Shown: positions 9,329 to 19,079 of the stretch, in pieces
Layout of the letters: each line of letters begins with the position of its first letter
Numbering within the stretch: the first letter of the stretch is position 1
Origin: Candidatus Omnitrophota bacterium
GTDB taxonomy: Bacteria > Omnitrophota > Gorgyraeia > Zapsychrales > Fredricksoniimonadaceae
Direction: 5' to 3'
DNA length: 50,294 bases
Assembly: GCA_037131245.1 (NCBI GenBank)
Contig: JBAXRK010000006.1
Coordinates: 1 to 50,294 of the forward strand
Position numbers and translations under genes: made by a program
Notes under the pieces: generated by a model
Told to the model about the DNA's origin: nothing
Seen by the model: only the letters and a program-made list of their open reading frames with translations
Database searches by the model: none

Positions 9329-10926
9329 GGTGTGTCCAGCAGCTTGGCGTCAGGGAAGCGTTTCATGTAATAATTGAACGCCCATTCGTTCTGGAACAGG
9401 ATGGCCAATCGTCCCTGGCTGTCTTTGGCGAAAGCCACTTCATTGGACTTTGATGCCAGCAGTGCTTCTTCGTTGAAAGGCTGGCCGACCCATTTAAGGA
9501 TCTTCCAGGGCAGCATTTCCAGGCGCGATTCTCCGCCGTATTCATCTTTAAGGCGGTATTGCAGGACTTCGAACTGTAGAGGCCCGACCGCGCCGAGTAA
9601 GGGCAGATGGCTGGCGCCGGAGCCGGCCATGGTGAAGGTTTGAACAATGTCTTCCGCCAGCAGGTGCTCGAGCCCTTTACGGAAAGGCTTGTAAGTCGAC
9701 GCTGCTGAATTGTGCAGGTAAGCAAAACATTCCGGGGCGAAGCGCGGGATCACATCGAAAGTAATAGCGGGGTTGACGCTGATCGTGTCCCCAATACGGT
9801 AATCGAGCTTGGTGACAAAGCCCAGGATGTCGCCGGGATAGGCTTCGGCCAGCACTTCCCGGTCGCGGCCGAAAAGTTTAAAGGAGTCCGACAGGCGTAT
9901 TTCCCGCGCGAGGCGGTGGTGAAAAACTTTCATGTCCCGGTAGAACCGGCCCGAACAGACCCTGGCAAAGACAATACGGTCGCGGTGCTGGGGATTCATG
10001 TTGGACTGAACCTTGAAAATGAAAGCCGAGAAGTCCTCACTGTCCAGGGGGACCAGGCCCGTGGTGGCGGTGCGCGGCGTCGGGGAGCAGGAGTGCTCCA
10101 GGAAGCCTTTTAACAGGAACTCGACCCCGAAATTGTTGGCCGCGCTGCCGAAGAAAACAGGGGTGGTTTTTCCGCTTAGGACCGCTTCCGCGTTAAAGCC
10201 TTCCTGGGCTATATCGAGCATCTGCAGTTCTTCGATGACGTCATGGTAGATGTCATCATGCAGGATCTCTTTGACGAACGGGTCCGAGAGATCATGGACG
10301 GAGACCGGGGCGCGGTAGGCGCCGGCCGTCACGCGTTCGAACAGGTGTACTTCTTTGTTGATCCGGTCGTAGATCCCCTTGAAGGACGGGCCATTGCCCA
10401 GCGGCCAGTTGACGGGGAAAGCATGGATATGGAGGACTTTCTCCAGCTGATCGATGAGCTCCAGCGGCGACATGGCCGGCCGGTCGAGTTTGTTCATGAA
10501 CGTGAAAATAGGAATGCCGCGTTTACGGCAGATCTCGAACAGTTTGCGGGTCTGGCCCTCGATCCCTTTACCGGCGTCGATCACCATGATGACCGCGTCG
10601 ACCGCCATCAGCACCCGGTAGGTGTCTTCCGAGAAGTCTTTGTGGCCGGGCGTGTCGAGCAGGTTGAGGCGGAAGTCGCCATAGTCGAACTGCAGGACGG
10701 TCGAGGAGATCGAGATGCCGCGTTTTTTTTCAAGTTCCATCCAGTCGGAGGCCGTTTCGCGCTGCTTTTTCTTGGCGGTCACCGAACCCGCCAGATCGAT
10801 CGCGCCGCCGTAAAGCAGGAGTTTTTCCGTGAGCGTGGTTTTGCCGGCGTCCGGGTGAGAAATGATCGCGAACGTCCTGCGCCGCGCTACTTCCTTGATG
10901 ATCTGTTCGCTTGGGGTTAAAGCCAT
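9325..10926 (-). CDS. prfC: Peptide chain release factor 3
   Basis: RRRTFAIISHPDAGKTTLTEKLLLYGGAI, DTPGHKDFSEDTYR and GAVGPLQFEVLQYRL. Confidence 0.97.
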   Translation of the reverse strand: MALTPSEQIIKEVARRRTFAIISHPDAGKTTLTEKLLLYGGAIDLAGSVTAKKKQRETASDWMELEKKRGISISSTVLQFDYGDFRLNLLDTPGHKDFSEDTYRVLMAVDAVIMVIDAGKGIEGQTRKLFEICRKRGIPIFTFMNKLDRPAMSPLELIDQLEKVLHIHAFPVNWPLGNGPSFKGIYDRINKEVHLFERVTAGAYRAPVSVHDLSDPFVKEILHDDIYHDVIEELQMLDIAQEGFNAEAVLSGKTTPVFFGSAANNFGVEFLLKGFLEHSCSPTPRTATTGLVPLDSEDFSAFIFKVQSNMNPQHRDRIVFARVCSGRFYRDMKVFHHRLAREIRLSDSFKLFGRDREVLAEAYPGDILGFVTKLDYRIGDTISVNPAITFDVIPRFAPECFAYLHNSAASTYKPFRKGLEHLLAEDIVQTFTMAGSGASHLPLLGAVGPLQFEVLQYRLKDEYGGESRLEMLPWKILKWVGQPFNEEALLASKSNEVAFAKDSQGRLAILFQNEWAFNYYMKRFPDAKLLDTP

Positions 10927-10962
10927 TATCCGTCCATTTTAAGGGGGTTATTCGAAGATGAA

Positions 10963-10990
10963 ACTATATATTATGGGGAAGATATGTCAA
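10963..10990 (-). promoter_or_regulatory. sigma70-type promoter for prfC
   Basis: TTGACA-N16-TATAGT on the minus strand. Confidence 0.55.
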
Positions 10991-11035
10991 GGGCGCTTTA
11001 CATCGGCGTTGACGCGCGGGATAATTTAAAATCGA

Positions 11036-11063
11036 TTGCAAGATAAGCTGAAGGGTCTATAAT
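11036..11063 (+). promoter_or_regulatory. sigma70-type promoter for the hemerythrin cluster
   Basis: TTGCAA-N16-TATAAT. Confidence 0.55.
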
Positions 11064-11105
11064 TTTAGGGGATTGGCAGGAAGAAGGTTAAAAAACGGGG
11101 GTGGT

Positions 11106-11516
11106 ATGGCTGTTTTGGTCTGGAATTCGAATTGGGATATCGGCATCGATTCGATCGATAATGAGCACAAGAAGCTGATCGGGCTTATTAACCGTCTGCA
11201 GGCCGGCGGCGTTCTTCCGGGAAAAAGAGAAGTTGACGCGGTGCTGACGGAATTGATGGATTATACGGTTTATCACTTTGCTAATGAAGAGAAGCTTTTT
11301 AAAAAGTATGCTTATCCGGACGCGGCGGCCCACGTGAAGGCGCACATGGTCTTTACCGACAGGATCGCCGGGCTTTGTGATGTTTTTGACAAGGGCAGCA
11401 CCGCGGTCGGCCAGGAGGCGGTGGATTTTCTCCGGGACTGGTTGGTCAATCATATCATTCTGCTGGATAAGAAGTACGCGCTTTTTCTTTCGCGGAAGAA
11501 TATCAATCAGGCATAA
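11106..11516 (+). CDS. Bacteriohemerythrin 1
   Basis: IDNEH, HFANEE, HVKAH and WLVNHIILLD diiron ligand pattern. Confidence 0.92.
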   Translation: MAVLVWNSNWDIGIDSIDNEHKKLIGLINRLQAGGVLPGKREVDAVLTELMDYTVYHFANEEKLFKKYAYPDAAAHVKAHMVFTDRIAGLCDVFDKGSTAVGQEAVDFLRDWLVNHIILLDKKYALFLSRKNINQA

Positions 11517-11534
11517 AAGTGAGCGGGGTGCGGC

Positions 11535-11942
11535 GTGGCTATCATTGAGTGGGGTATTACATTAAAGGTCGGTATTGAGGTCGTGGACGATCAGCATAAA
11601 AAACTGATCGGCCTGATCAATCAGCTTTATGACGCGATGCTGGCCGGGCGCGGCGACCAGGTGCTGGGCGAAATCCTGACGGAGTTGGTGGCGTATACGG
11701 TGTATCATTTTAAGACGGAAGAGGACCTTTTTCGCCAGAATTCTTACCGCGAGGCGCCGGAGCACATCCGGGAGCATGCCGAGCTGGTCAAGAAAGTGTC
11801 TGAATTCAAGGCGGCTTTTGACGGCGGGAATCGCGCGCTGACCGTTGATATGATGACCTTCCTTAAGGATTGGTTGATCAAGCATATCATGGGGTCGGAT
11901 AAGAGGTACGCGCCGTTCTTAAACAGCAAAGGCATTAGATAA
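11535..11942 (+). CDS. Bacteriohemerythrin 2
   Basis: VDDQH, HFKTEE, HIREH and WLIKHIMGSD. Confidence 0.95.
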   Translation: MAIIEWGITLKVGIEVVDDQHKKLIGLINQLYDAMLAGRGDQVLGEILTELVAYTVYHFKTEEDLFRQNSYREAPEHIREHAELVKKVSEFKAAFDGGNRALTVDMMTFLKDWLIKHIMGSDKRYAPFLNSKGIR

Positions 11943-11961
11943 TAACGGAGGTATGGTCGCG

Positions 11962-12369
11962 ATGGTCATGATCAATTGGGATATTAATTTGAAGACCGGC
12001 GTAGAGATCGTCGACGATCAGCATAAAAAGCTGGTAGACCTGGTGAATCGTTTGTACGACGCGATGATCGGCGGCCGGGGCAATCAGGTCCTGGGACAGA
12101 TCCTGACGGAGCTGGTCGATTACACGGTCTATCATTTTAAGACCGAGGAGGATATGTTCCGGCAGTATGGTTACCGGGAGGCCGCGCAACATATTCAAGA
12201 GCATAAGGATCTCACCGAGAAAGCCGTGGCGCTTAAAGCCGCTTTCGACGGCGGGAAAGCTACGATCACGCTCGATACGATGAATTTCCTCAAAGACTGG
12301 CTGGTTAACCATATTATGAAATCCGACAAGCAATTCGGCCCGTTCCTCAACAGCAAGGGCGTTAAATAA
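11962..12369 (+). CDS. Bacteriohemerythrin 3
   Basis: VDDQH, HFKTEE, HIQEH and WLVNHIMKSD. Start chosen by GGAGG spacing and alignment with Hr2. Confidence 0.95.
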   Translation: MVMINWDINLKTGVEIVDDQHKKLVDLVNRLYDAMIGGRGNQVLGQILTELVDYTVYHFKTEEDMFRQYGYREAAQHIQEHKDLTEKAVALKAAFDGGKATITLDTMNFLKDWLVNHIMKSDKQFGPFLNSKGVK

Positions 12370-12379
12370 GGGAGACCCG

Positions 12380-12787
12380 GTGATCTTTGAATGGAAGGCG
12401 GAGTATAACGTTAATGTCAAGATGATCGACGATCAGCATCATCGCCTGGTGGAACTGCTCAATCAGCTGCATACGTTTATCAATGAAGGCGCGCCCGAGG
12501 AAAAAAGCTGGGGCCGGCTCGTTAAAGAGTTGTTCGATTACACCCTGTATCATTTCAAAGAGGAAGAAGCGCTGATGCGCCGGCATTCTTTTGATGATTG
12601 CCAGGAACACATGGCGGAACATGCTTTTTTCGTTACGCGGATCAAGTCGGCGCAAGACGGCGTGGAGGCCGACGACCTTAACGTGATGGCCGACCTGCAG
12701 TATTTTCTTACCGTATGGCTTCAGAATCATATCCTCATCGTTGATCATAAACTCTGTGCCTTTTTGAATAAAAAAGGGATCTATTGA
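12380..12787 (+). CDS. Bacteriohemerythrin 4
   Basis: IDDQH, HFKEEE, HMAEH and WLQNHILIVD. Confidence 0.93.
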   Translation: MIFEWKAEYNVNVKMIDDQHHRLVELLNQLHTFINEGAPEEKSWGRLVKELFDYTLYHFKEEEALMRRHSFDDCQEHMAEHAFFVTRIKSAQDGVEADDLNVMADLQYFLTVWLQNHILIVDHKLCAFLNKKGIY

Positions 12788-12803
12788 CCGGAGGTAACGT
12801 GGC

Positions 12804-13589
12804 GTGAAGAAACCCCGGATGCCTGTCCTCTTTGTCGGGCATGGTTCTCCGATGAACGCTTTGGAGAAAAATCCTTTCACACGGGCCTTGTCCGGCCTGG
12901 CCGCCGGCATACCGCGCCCTCGCGCGATCCTTTGCCTGTCTGCTCATTGGGAGACGTCACTTACGCAGGTGCTGGTCAAGGCGTCTCCCGAAACGATCCA
13001 TGATTTTTACGGCTTTCCCGATCAACTAAACAGGTTCCTTTATCCGGCTCCTGGTGCGGTGACAGAGGCACGCCAGACGCTGGATTTGCTTTCCGACCGG
13101 GCTCTTGAAACAGACGCCTGGGGCCTCGATCACGGCGCCTGGACCATGTTGACCCATTTGTATCCCAGGGCGGATATCCCTGTTTTTCAGGTAAGCCTGG
13201 GACATGACCTTTCAATGGCGGCGCATATCGCTCTTGGGCGCGCGCTGGCGCCGTTGCGCGATGAGGGTATCCTGATCCTGGGCAGCGGCAATATCGTTCA
13301 TAACCTTGGGATGATGGATCCGGATGCGCGTGCCAAGCCCTATGATTGGGCGGAGGTGTTTGACGCGGGCGTTAAAAAGGCCCTGATGGAGAAGGATATT
13401 GACGCGTTGGCGAGTCCCAAAGCGATGGGCCGGGCGGCGGCGTCCTTGTCTTTGCCGAGCGACGAGCATTATATCCCGTTACTGTATGCGGCGGGAGCGT
13501 CTTCCAAACGGGACAAGATCAGCTTTCCTTATGAAGGGATTGAGCATGCCAGCCTGTCGATGCGGGCGGTCCTGTGGAGGGAAGAGTGA
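12804..13589 (+). CDS. ygiD: 4,5-DOPA dioxygenase extradiol (YgiD/LigB family)
   Basis: FVGHGSPMN, SAHWET, IHDFYGFP, WGLDHGAW, GSGNIVHNL and EHYIPLLY. Confidence 0.92.
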   Translation: MKKPRMPVLFVGHGSPMNALEKNPFTRALSGLAAGIPRPRAILCLSAHWETSLTQVLVKASPETIHDFYGFPDQLNRFLYPAPGAVTEARQTLDLLSDRALETDAWGLDHGAWTMLTHLYPRADIPVFQVSLGHDLSMAAHIALGRALAPLRDEGILILGSGNIVHNLGMMDPDARAKPYDWAEVFDAGVKKALMEKDIDALASPKAMGRAAASLSLPSDEHYIPLLYAAGASSKRDKISFPYEGIEHASLSMRAVLWREE

Positions 13590-14203
13590 ACCATCCTTTA
13601 TTTACGGATCTAAGGCGCCAGGTTGATGAGGCGATCACGTTTGATGATCAGCCCGGGGCTTGCCGCCTGATCGCGGAAGGGTTACGCCTCGCGGGGCAAC
13701 AGGATTGTCCTGGGGAGATCTTGTATTTCAGGGCGCAGGCGGAGATCATCGCCGGTCGTTTTGAGGCGGCCATCGGCTTGCTGGAAGAGGCCCTGTTAAG
13801 CAATCCCACGGACGGGGCGGCGTATAATGATATCGCGCTGTGCCGGGTGGAAATGGGCCGGCTTGAAGGCGTCCTGGAGATATTTGATCAAGGGATCGCG
13901 GTCGAGCCCGATTATGCGACTATTCATCACAATAAAGGATGGTTCCTGAACAAGATCGGACGACTTTCGGAAGCGCTGCCCTGTTTGCGGCGGGCGATCG
14001 CGCTCGAACCTCTGCGCGCGGTCACCTGGGAGAATATCGCTGATATTTATCAGGCGCAGGGCCTGCTTGGCGAAGCGGTCCAGGCTTACCGGATGGCTGT
14101 TTTGTGCCTTGGCGGTTGCGGCGCGGGGATCAAGGAACAGTTGAAGGCGGAGATGGAAAAGCTTGAAAAGATGCTGACGATCATAAAAAAGGAGGCAGTA
14201 TGA
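13586..14203 (+). CDS. Tetratricopeptide repeat protein
   Basis: TPR units (AYNDIA, IHHNKG, TWENIA); GTGA overlap with the ygiD stop. Confidence 0.85.
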   Translation: MNHPLFTDLRRQVDEAITFDDQPGACRLIAEGLRLAGQQDCPGEILYFRAQAEIIAGRFEAAIGLLEEALLSNPTDGAAYNDIALCRVEMGRLEGVLEIFDQGIAVEPDYATIHHNKGWFLNKIGRLSEALPCLRRAIALEPLRAVTWENIADIYQAQGLLGEAVQAYRMAVLCLGGCGAGIKEQLKAEMEKLEKMLTIIKKEAV

Positions 14204-14688
14204 ATGTGAAAGGCTTGTTGGTCCTGGTTGTTTTTGTCGCGGCCGCTTTGGTTTCTTTACCGGCGCGCGCGGAGGGTATCAAGACGGGGAAATGGGAAGT
14301 GACCATGGTGACGAAAGTTGAGGGGATGCCGGATATGGCAGCGATGATGGATAAAATGCCTCCCGGTGTCAAATTGCCGGCGGGCATGAGCATGTCTGGC
14401 GGGCCTGGCGGGATGACCATCAAGTCGACGAATTGCGTGACGCAAGCCAATCCAGTCCCGGGCATGAAAACGCCTCCCGGTTGTGAGGCGCCTGAGTTCC
14501 ATCAAAATGGCAATACGGTCGATTACAGCATGACCTGCAAAAAGGGTACGGCACGGACGAGTATTTCGGGTCACGTGACCTACACCGATGGCTCAATGCA
14601 GGGCAGTACGAAAACAACCCAGGTCATGGATGGCCGGGAGATTCATTCAACGTCCGAGATGACAGGCCGCTACCTTGGCCCGTGTTAA
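14200..14688 (+). CDS. DUF3617-like secreted protein
   Basis: Signal peptide, KTGKWEVT, Met/Gly-rich linker, paired Cys and C-terminal GRYLGPC. Confidence 0.8.
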   Translation: MNVKGLLVLVVFVAAALVSLPARAEGIKTGKWEVTMVTKVEGMPDMAAMMDKMPPGVKLPAGMSMSGGPGGMTIKSTNCVTQANPVPGMKTPPGCEAPEFHQNGNTVDYSMTCKKGTARTSISGHVTYTDGSMQGSTKTTQVMDGREIHSTSEMTGRYLGPC

Positions 14689-14706
14689 AGTGAAAGGGTA
14701 ACAATT

Positions 14707-15351
14707 ATGGACGAACTCTATTTTAGCAATAATTTTGACGATCGTTCGGTGCAGCGTGGCGGCAATGCCGGCTTTCAATTCGATTTTCACTGTCAGCGTT
14801 GTGGCGATGTCTGGCGGTCGCCGTTCGTGGCTTTTCAGGGCGAGCAGGCCTCGCATTTGCTCAATGAGCTTGGCGGATTCGCTGGTGGGATACTGGGCCG
14901 GGTCGGCGGTGTGGCCGAGCAGTTCGCTCAGGCGGGTTATGGCAAGGCCCATGATGAGGCCCTCAAGGAGGCGATCGAGAAAGCCAAGGCGCATTTTCAG
15001 CGCTGCGGCCGTTGTACCCATTATCTTTGCCCGCGCTGCTGGAATGAAGACAAGGGTTTGTGCCTTGAATGCGCTCCTGATGTCAGGGCAGAGGTGGCTG
15101 TTGCCCGTGCCGGCGGTGAAGTGAGCGCCGCGTCGGATCTGGCCCGGCAGGAAGGCGAGCGGCTAGGGAAAATGCAGGATGTTAAAACACCGTATCAGCT
15201 GGTCTGTCCCAAGTGCAAGGCCAAAACGACCGGTGGCAAGTTCTGTCCGGATTGCGGGGCACCCTTGAATGTTAGCCGGAAGTGTTCTTGCGGCGCGGAT
15301 ATTCCCTCTGGTGCAAAATTTTGCCCGGAGTGCGGGGCCAAGAGTTCATGA
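14707..15351 (+). CDS. Double zinc-ribbon domain protein
   Basis: Multiple CxxC pairs; GFQFDFHCQRCG; KFCPDCG and KFCPECG. Confidence 0.85.
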   Translation: MDELYFSNNFDDRSVQRGGNAGFQFDFHCQRCGDVWRSPFVAFQGEQASHLLNELGGFAGGILGRVGGVAEQFAQAGYGKAHDEALKEAIEKAKAHFQRCGRCTHYLCPRCWNEDKGLCLECAPDVRAEVAVARAGGEVSAASDLARQEGERLGKMQDVKTPYQLVCPKCKAKTTGGKFCPDCGAPLNVSRKCSCGADIPSGAKFCPECGAKSS

Positions 15352-16295
15352 GATACTGGGTCTTTGTTATTTTACTTCTCATCGGCCCAGGGAGCCCGTG
15401 TTGGGCTCAGGTTCAGCCGCGGCCCTACATTCCCCGGGATGGCCGATTGCTAATCATCGGCCAGCAGCAGGATACGCTCGAGGCATATATTAACGACATC
15501 GGCCTTGTTCCCGGCGGGTTCATGGCTTATACCTCCATTCAGCAGATGGATGGCCTGGACCTTCCGGCCGATCACGGCGCAGGCATCAATGACGCCCGTT
15601 ATGAGGCAGATCGTTATCCGCATGCCGTGATCCAGTTGGCTTTGTACATGGTAGGCGCGCTTGACGGGGTTATCGGCGGCAAATATGACGCCAATATTGC
15701 GGCGCTGGCGAAGTGGCTTAAAAGCGTGAAGCGTCCGGTTTATTTTCGTATCGGTTATGAATTTGACCTGCCCGATAATGCCTATGATCCGAAGAAGTAT
15801 CAGCAGGCATATCGCTATATTGTCGACCGTTTAAGGGCCCATAGCGTTTCCAATGTTGCTTATGTCTGGCATTCGGCGGCGATGATCCAACAGGCGGGCC
15901 CTTACCTGGACTGGTATCCCGGCGACGATTATGTGGATTGGGTGGCGGTTTCGATCTTTAATCCGATGCAGATCAAACCCTCTAAAGATCTGGTGGCGTT
16001 CGCGCGGCAGCATCGCAAGGCGTTCATGATCGCCGAGTCCAGCCCGGCGGGGCTTGTATCCACCGGCGCAAAAAAAGAGTGGTTCCGTCATTATTTTGAC
16101 TTTATTCAGGAAAGTGACATTAAGATTGTTTGCTATATTAACAGTTTCTGGGATACTTACCCGATGTTCAAGGCTCTTCATTGGGGCGATGCCCGCGTGC
16201 AGGCCGACCCGGCCATTAAAGCGATGTGGTTGCGCGAGACAAAAACGTATTTACGATCTTATCCGGGCCTTTTCAACCGTCTTAGCGGGCCGTAA
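15348..16295 (+). CDS. Glycoside hydrolase family 26-like protein, secreted
   Basis: Signal peptide; FRIGYEFD (acid/base Glu), WYPGDDYVDW and MIAESSP (nucleophile Glu). ATGA overlap at 15348. Confidence 0.85.
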   Translation: MRYWVFVILLLIGPGSPCWAQVQPRPYIPRDGRLLIIGQQQDTLEAYINDIGLVPGGFMAYTSIQQMDGLDLPADHGAGINDARYEADRYPHAVIQLALYMVGALDGVIGGKYDANIAALAKWLKSVKRPVYFRIGYEFDLPDNAYDPKKYQQAYRYIVDRLRAHSVSNVAYVWHSAAMIQQAGPYLDWYPGDDYVDWVAVSIFNPMQIKPSKDLVAFARQHRKAFMIAESSPAGLVSTGAKKEWFRHYFDFIQESDIKIVCYINSFWDTYPMFKALHWGDARVQADPAIKAMWLRETKTYLRSYPGLFNRLSGP

Positions 16296-16373
16296 ATAAA
16301 CTCATTGTGTAAATAGCCGGGATAGCGTTAGAATAACGGGTCTGGTAAACACGATCAACGTAAGGATGGACGC

Positions 16374-16782
16374 ATGCATTTTAAGTGGTCGCAGGCCTAT
16401 CTGTTAGGGGTAGGGCAGGTGGACGATCAGCATCGTAAGCTGCTCGGCATTCTGGGTGAGTTAGATGTGTTAGTCAACAAGAAAGATCCGGTCAAAGGTG
16501 AGCTGATCGGCATTTTTAACGAGTTGCAGGAATATTCCCAGTATCATTTCAAGACCGAAGAAGACCTTATGGTCGATCATTCTTACGAAGGGATGAAGGA
16601 TCATTTTAAGGAACATGCGTTGTTCCGGTCCAAGACCGTGGCTTTGAAAAAAGGCCTGGATGTCAATGATCTTACGATAGCCCATGAACTGCTTTTTTTT
16701 TCTGATGCTCTGGCTGCAGAATCATATCCTGGGCATAGATAAGGCTCTGTGCGTTTTCCTGAACAAAAAGGGGATAGGATGA
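16374..16782 (+). pseudogene. Bacteriohemerythrin 5, frameshifted at a T9 run (16693-16701)
   Basis: VDDQH, HFKTEE and HFKEH are in frame. Removing one T gives FFLMLWLQNHILGIDKALCVFLNKKGIG*, matching the Hr4 C-terminus. Confidence 0.85.
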
Positions 16783-17129
16783 AGATCATGACCTGGAGCG
16801 CTATCGCGCTCATTATTGTTACCGGGGGCATTCATGTCTATGAAGCCCCGGATTCGTTTAGCGAGGCAGCTTATAAGGGCTGGCTTTTTTATGCCAACGG
16901 GGCTGGCGCGCTTCTTGCGGCTTACGGGATTCTTCGTGATCGCCAGTGGGGCTGGTATCTCGGTGTGGCGGTCGCTGCCGGGTCATTTCTGGCTTATATC
17001 GCCAGCCGTACGGTGGGGCTTCCGCTCCTGGCCGCGGAACCTGATGCCTGGTTTGAGCCGCTGGGCATTTCCTCTTTTATCGCCGAAGGCCTTTTTATTG
17101 CTCTTTTTGTGACCAGGGTCATGAAGTAA
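16779..17129 (+). CDS. Hypothetical small multi-TM membrane protein
   Basis: About four hydrophobic helices; ATG overlaps the restored hemerythrin stop (ATGA). Confidence 0.75.
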   Translation: MKIMTWSAIALIIVTGGIHVYEAPDSFSEAAYKGWLFYANGAGALLAAYGILRDRQWGWYLGVAVAAGSFLAYIASRTVGLPLLAAEPDAWFEPLGISSFIAEGLFIALFVTRVMK

Positions 17130-17199
17130 GTGTAATGGGCCCGGTAGTATGACGACATATTCTTTGGGGTTTGTCATTAATAACTAACAGGAGGGCATT

Positions 17200-17931
17200 A
17201 TGTTGAGAAAAGCGTTTTTGATCACGAGCCTTATTTTTGTTTCGGCGGTCGGTATAGCGCAGGCCGCAGGAGCACCGGCAGTTTCGGATGAAAAGTTCCT
17301 GCAGTTATCTGTTTTTGAGCCGATCCAGCTTGTTCCCAAGGAGGAATCGATCGGTGGCTTGAGGCTGAATATTTTTTACACGGTCAACAAAGACATGACG
17401 GGTTTAAGCTATAGCTTTTTTGGTGTTAACCGCACGACCGGGGACGTTAAAGGTGTTGAGTTGGGTTTAGGCAACTGGACGGATGGGTCTTTTTACGGTT
17501 GGCAACCGGGTTTGGTGAGCCGGACGGGTAAGCGCTTTGTCGGTTGGCAGGGTGGTGTGGCTGCAGTTACCGAGGGTGATTTTACCGGTTTACAGTCGGG
17601 GTTGGTTGCTTATACGGAAGGCTTTTTCCATGGTTGGCAGGCAGGATGGATCAATTACACGGCCGGCCGTTTCGTCGGGTTGCAGAGCGGGTTGGTCAAT
17701 GCTTCGAAGGGAGAGTTTACCGGTGCGGCTCTCGGCGCCGTTAATTATGCTGACGGCGAGGTCAAGGGTTTTCAGGGCGGGTTAGTTAATTATGCCGGGA
17801 CGATGCATGGGTTCCAGCTTGGTTTCGTGAATGTGACCAAGTCGCTGGACGGCCTTCAGATCGGATTGGGGAATTACAACGGGAACAAAGAGCCGTTTGA
17901 ATTTCTTCCGATAGTTAACTGGAAATTTTAA
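17200..17931 (+). CDS. LA_2272-like surface repeat protein
   Basis: Signal peptide; tandem GxQxGxxNxx repeats; C-terminal PIVNWKF; AGGAGG RBS. Confidence 0.8.
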   Translation: MLRKAFLITSLIFVSAVGIAQAAGAPAVSDEKFLQLSVFEPIQLVPKEESIGGLRLNIFYTVNKDMTGLSYSFFGVNRTTGDVKGVELGLGNWTDGSFYGWQPGLVSRTGKRFVGWQGGVAAVTEGDFTGLQSGLVAYTEGFFHGWQAGWINYTAGRFVGLQSGLVNASKGEFTGAALGAVNYADGEVKGFQGGLVNYAGTMHGFQLGFVNVTKSLDGLQIGLGNYNGNKEPFEFLPIVNWKF

Positions 17932-17959
17932 CCGAATCCTAAGGGTTTCTGTTAAAATC

Positions 17960-18005
17960 ATCCCTGATCTTCCGGACCATTACCGGGAGATCGGGGATTT
18001 TCTTT
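17960..18005 (+). terminator. Rho-independent terminator
   Basis: ATCCCTGATCTTCCGG-N7-CCGGGAGATCGGGGAT followed by a T-rich tract. Confidence 0.7.
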
Positions 18006-18072
18006 AACCGGGAGGGTTGTCATGCGGGAGCACTTGGAGAACTTTTTTAATTTCAGATGGGGGGAGTTTAAT

Positions 18073-19068
18073 ATGAACAAGGGCACGGCGTTCTTTATGG
18101 GGTCGATCATCGCGGTGTTGTTCTTTTTCTGGATGTTCGTCGGGATCGTCGATATCAAGCCGACCGAGGTGGGTGTCGAGGTCGATAAGGTCCAGGGCAA
18201 GGTGATCGAGATGCCCCGGTTGGTTGGTTATCATGTTTTTAATAAAGTATCGACTGATATTGTGGTCTATCATGTGGCCGCCCGTGCTTTTCCCGGTGAC
18301 GTGATGAAAAGCGAAAATTCGGATAATTACAGTCTGGACCTTAAGACTAATGACGGACAGAACATCCGCGTTGACCTGACCATCCTGTACGCTCTCAAGG
18401 GTAATGAGGTGCCGCAACTGCATCAGGCGATCGGGCCGAATTATGAAGACCAGATCCTGTTGCCGCAGATCCGTTCGGAAGCACGGATCACGATCGGTAG
18501 TTACGCGGCGGAAGAGATCTACAGCGGCAAAGTCCGTGACGCGATCCAGAAAGAGATCGCCACCCGTCTGCAGCAGGCGGTGTCCAAATTCCCGGCTATC
18601 CAGATCCAGGATGCTTTGATCCGGCATTTCGCGTTCAGCCGTGAATTCGAGAGTGCCATCGAGCAGAAGAAGTTGGCTGCACAGCAGGTGGAGATCAATA
18701 AGAATCGCGCGCTGGCTCAGGAGCAGGAAGCGAACCGCCAGGAGGCGGAAGCGCGCGGCAGCAAGCTTAAGGCGATCCAGGAGGCCGAAGGGCGCGCCCA
18801 GTCGGCTAAGATCGAGGCCGATGCTGAACGTTATAAACTCGAGCAAGAGGCTGCCGGTAAACTGGCGGGTTGGAAGGCTGACGCTGAGGGGAAGAAGCTT
18901 CAGGCGGAGGCGCTCGGCGGCGGGCAGAACGTGGTGGCCCTTAAATTCGCGGAGAATATTCCTGACAAGTTCCGGGTCTTCGCGGTTCCGATAGGGCAGA
19001 ATTCAACCAGTTTGATGGACCTTAACGGGATCTTCAAAGGCATGTTCTCGGGCGAAGCGCAGAAATAA
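18073..19068 (+). CDS. SPFH/prohibitin family membrane protein
   Basis: N-terminal TM, band-7 domain (KTNDGQNIRVDLTILY), FESAIEQK and an AE-rich coiled coil; GGGGAG RBS. Confidence 0.9.
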   Translation: MNKGTAFFMGSIIAVLFFFWMFVGIVDIKPTEVGVEVDKVQGKVIEMPRLVGYHVFNKVSTDIVVYHVAARAFPGDVMKSENSDNYSLDLKTNDGQNIRVDLTILYALKGNEVPQLHQAIGPNYEDQILLPQIRSEARITIGSYAAEEIYSGKVRDAIQKEIATRLQQAVSKFPAIQIQDALIRHFAFSREFESAIEQKKLAAQQVEINKNRALAQEQEANRQEAEARGSKLKAIQEAEGRAQSAKIEADAERYKLEQEAAGKLAGWKADAEGKKLQAEALGGGQNVVALKFAENIPDKFRVFAVPIGQNSTSLMDLNGIFKGMFSGEAQK

Positions 19069-19079
19069 GGAGACGGATC

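Noticed and set aside
10243-10920. 225-aa plus-strand ORF
   Set aside because: Antisense shadow of prfC with no recognisable motifs.
11106-12787. Magnetosome island, suggested by the hemerythrin expansion
   Set aside because: No mam, mad or feo-like genes are recognisable in the window.
17440-17880. Periodic repeats that might suggest a CRISPR or DNA repeat array
   Set aside because: They are degenerate in-frame protein repeats (GxQxGxxN), with no identical DNA repeats or spacers.
18004-18846. 280-aa minus-strand ORF
   Set aside because: Antisense to the SPFH gene; typical shadow ORF in GC-rich DNA.
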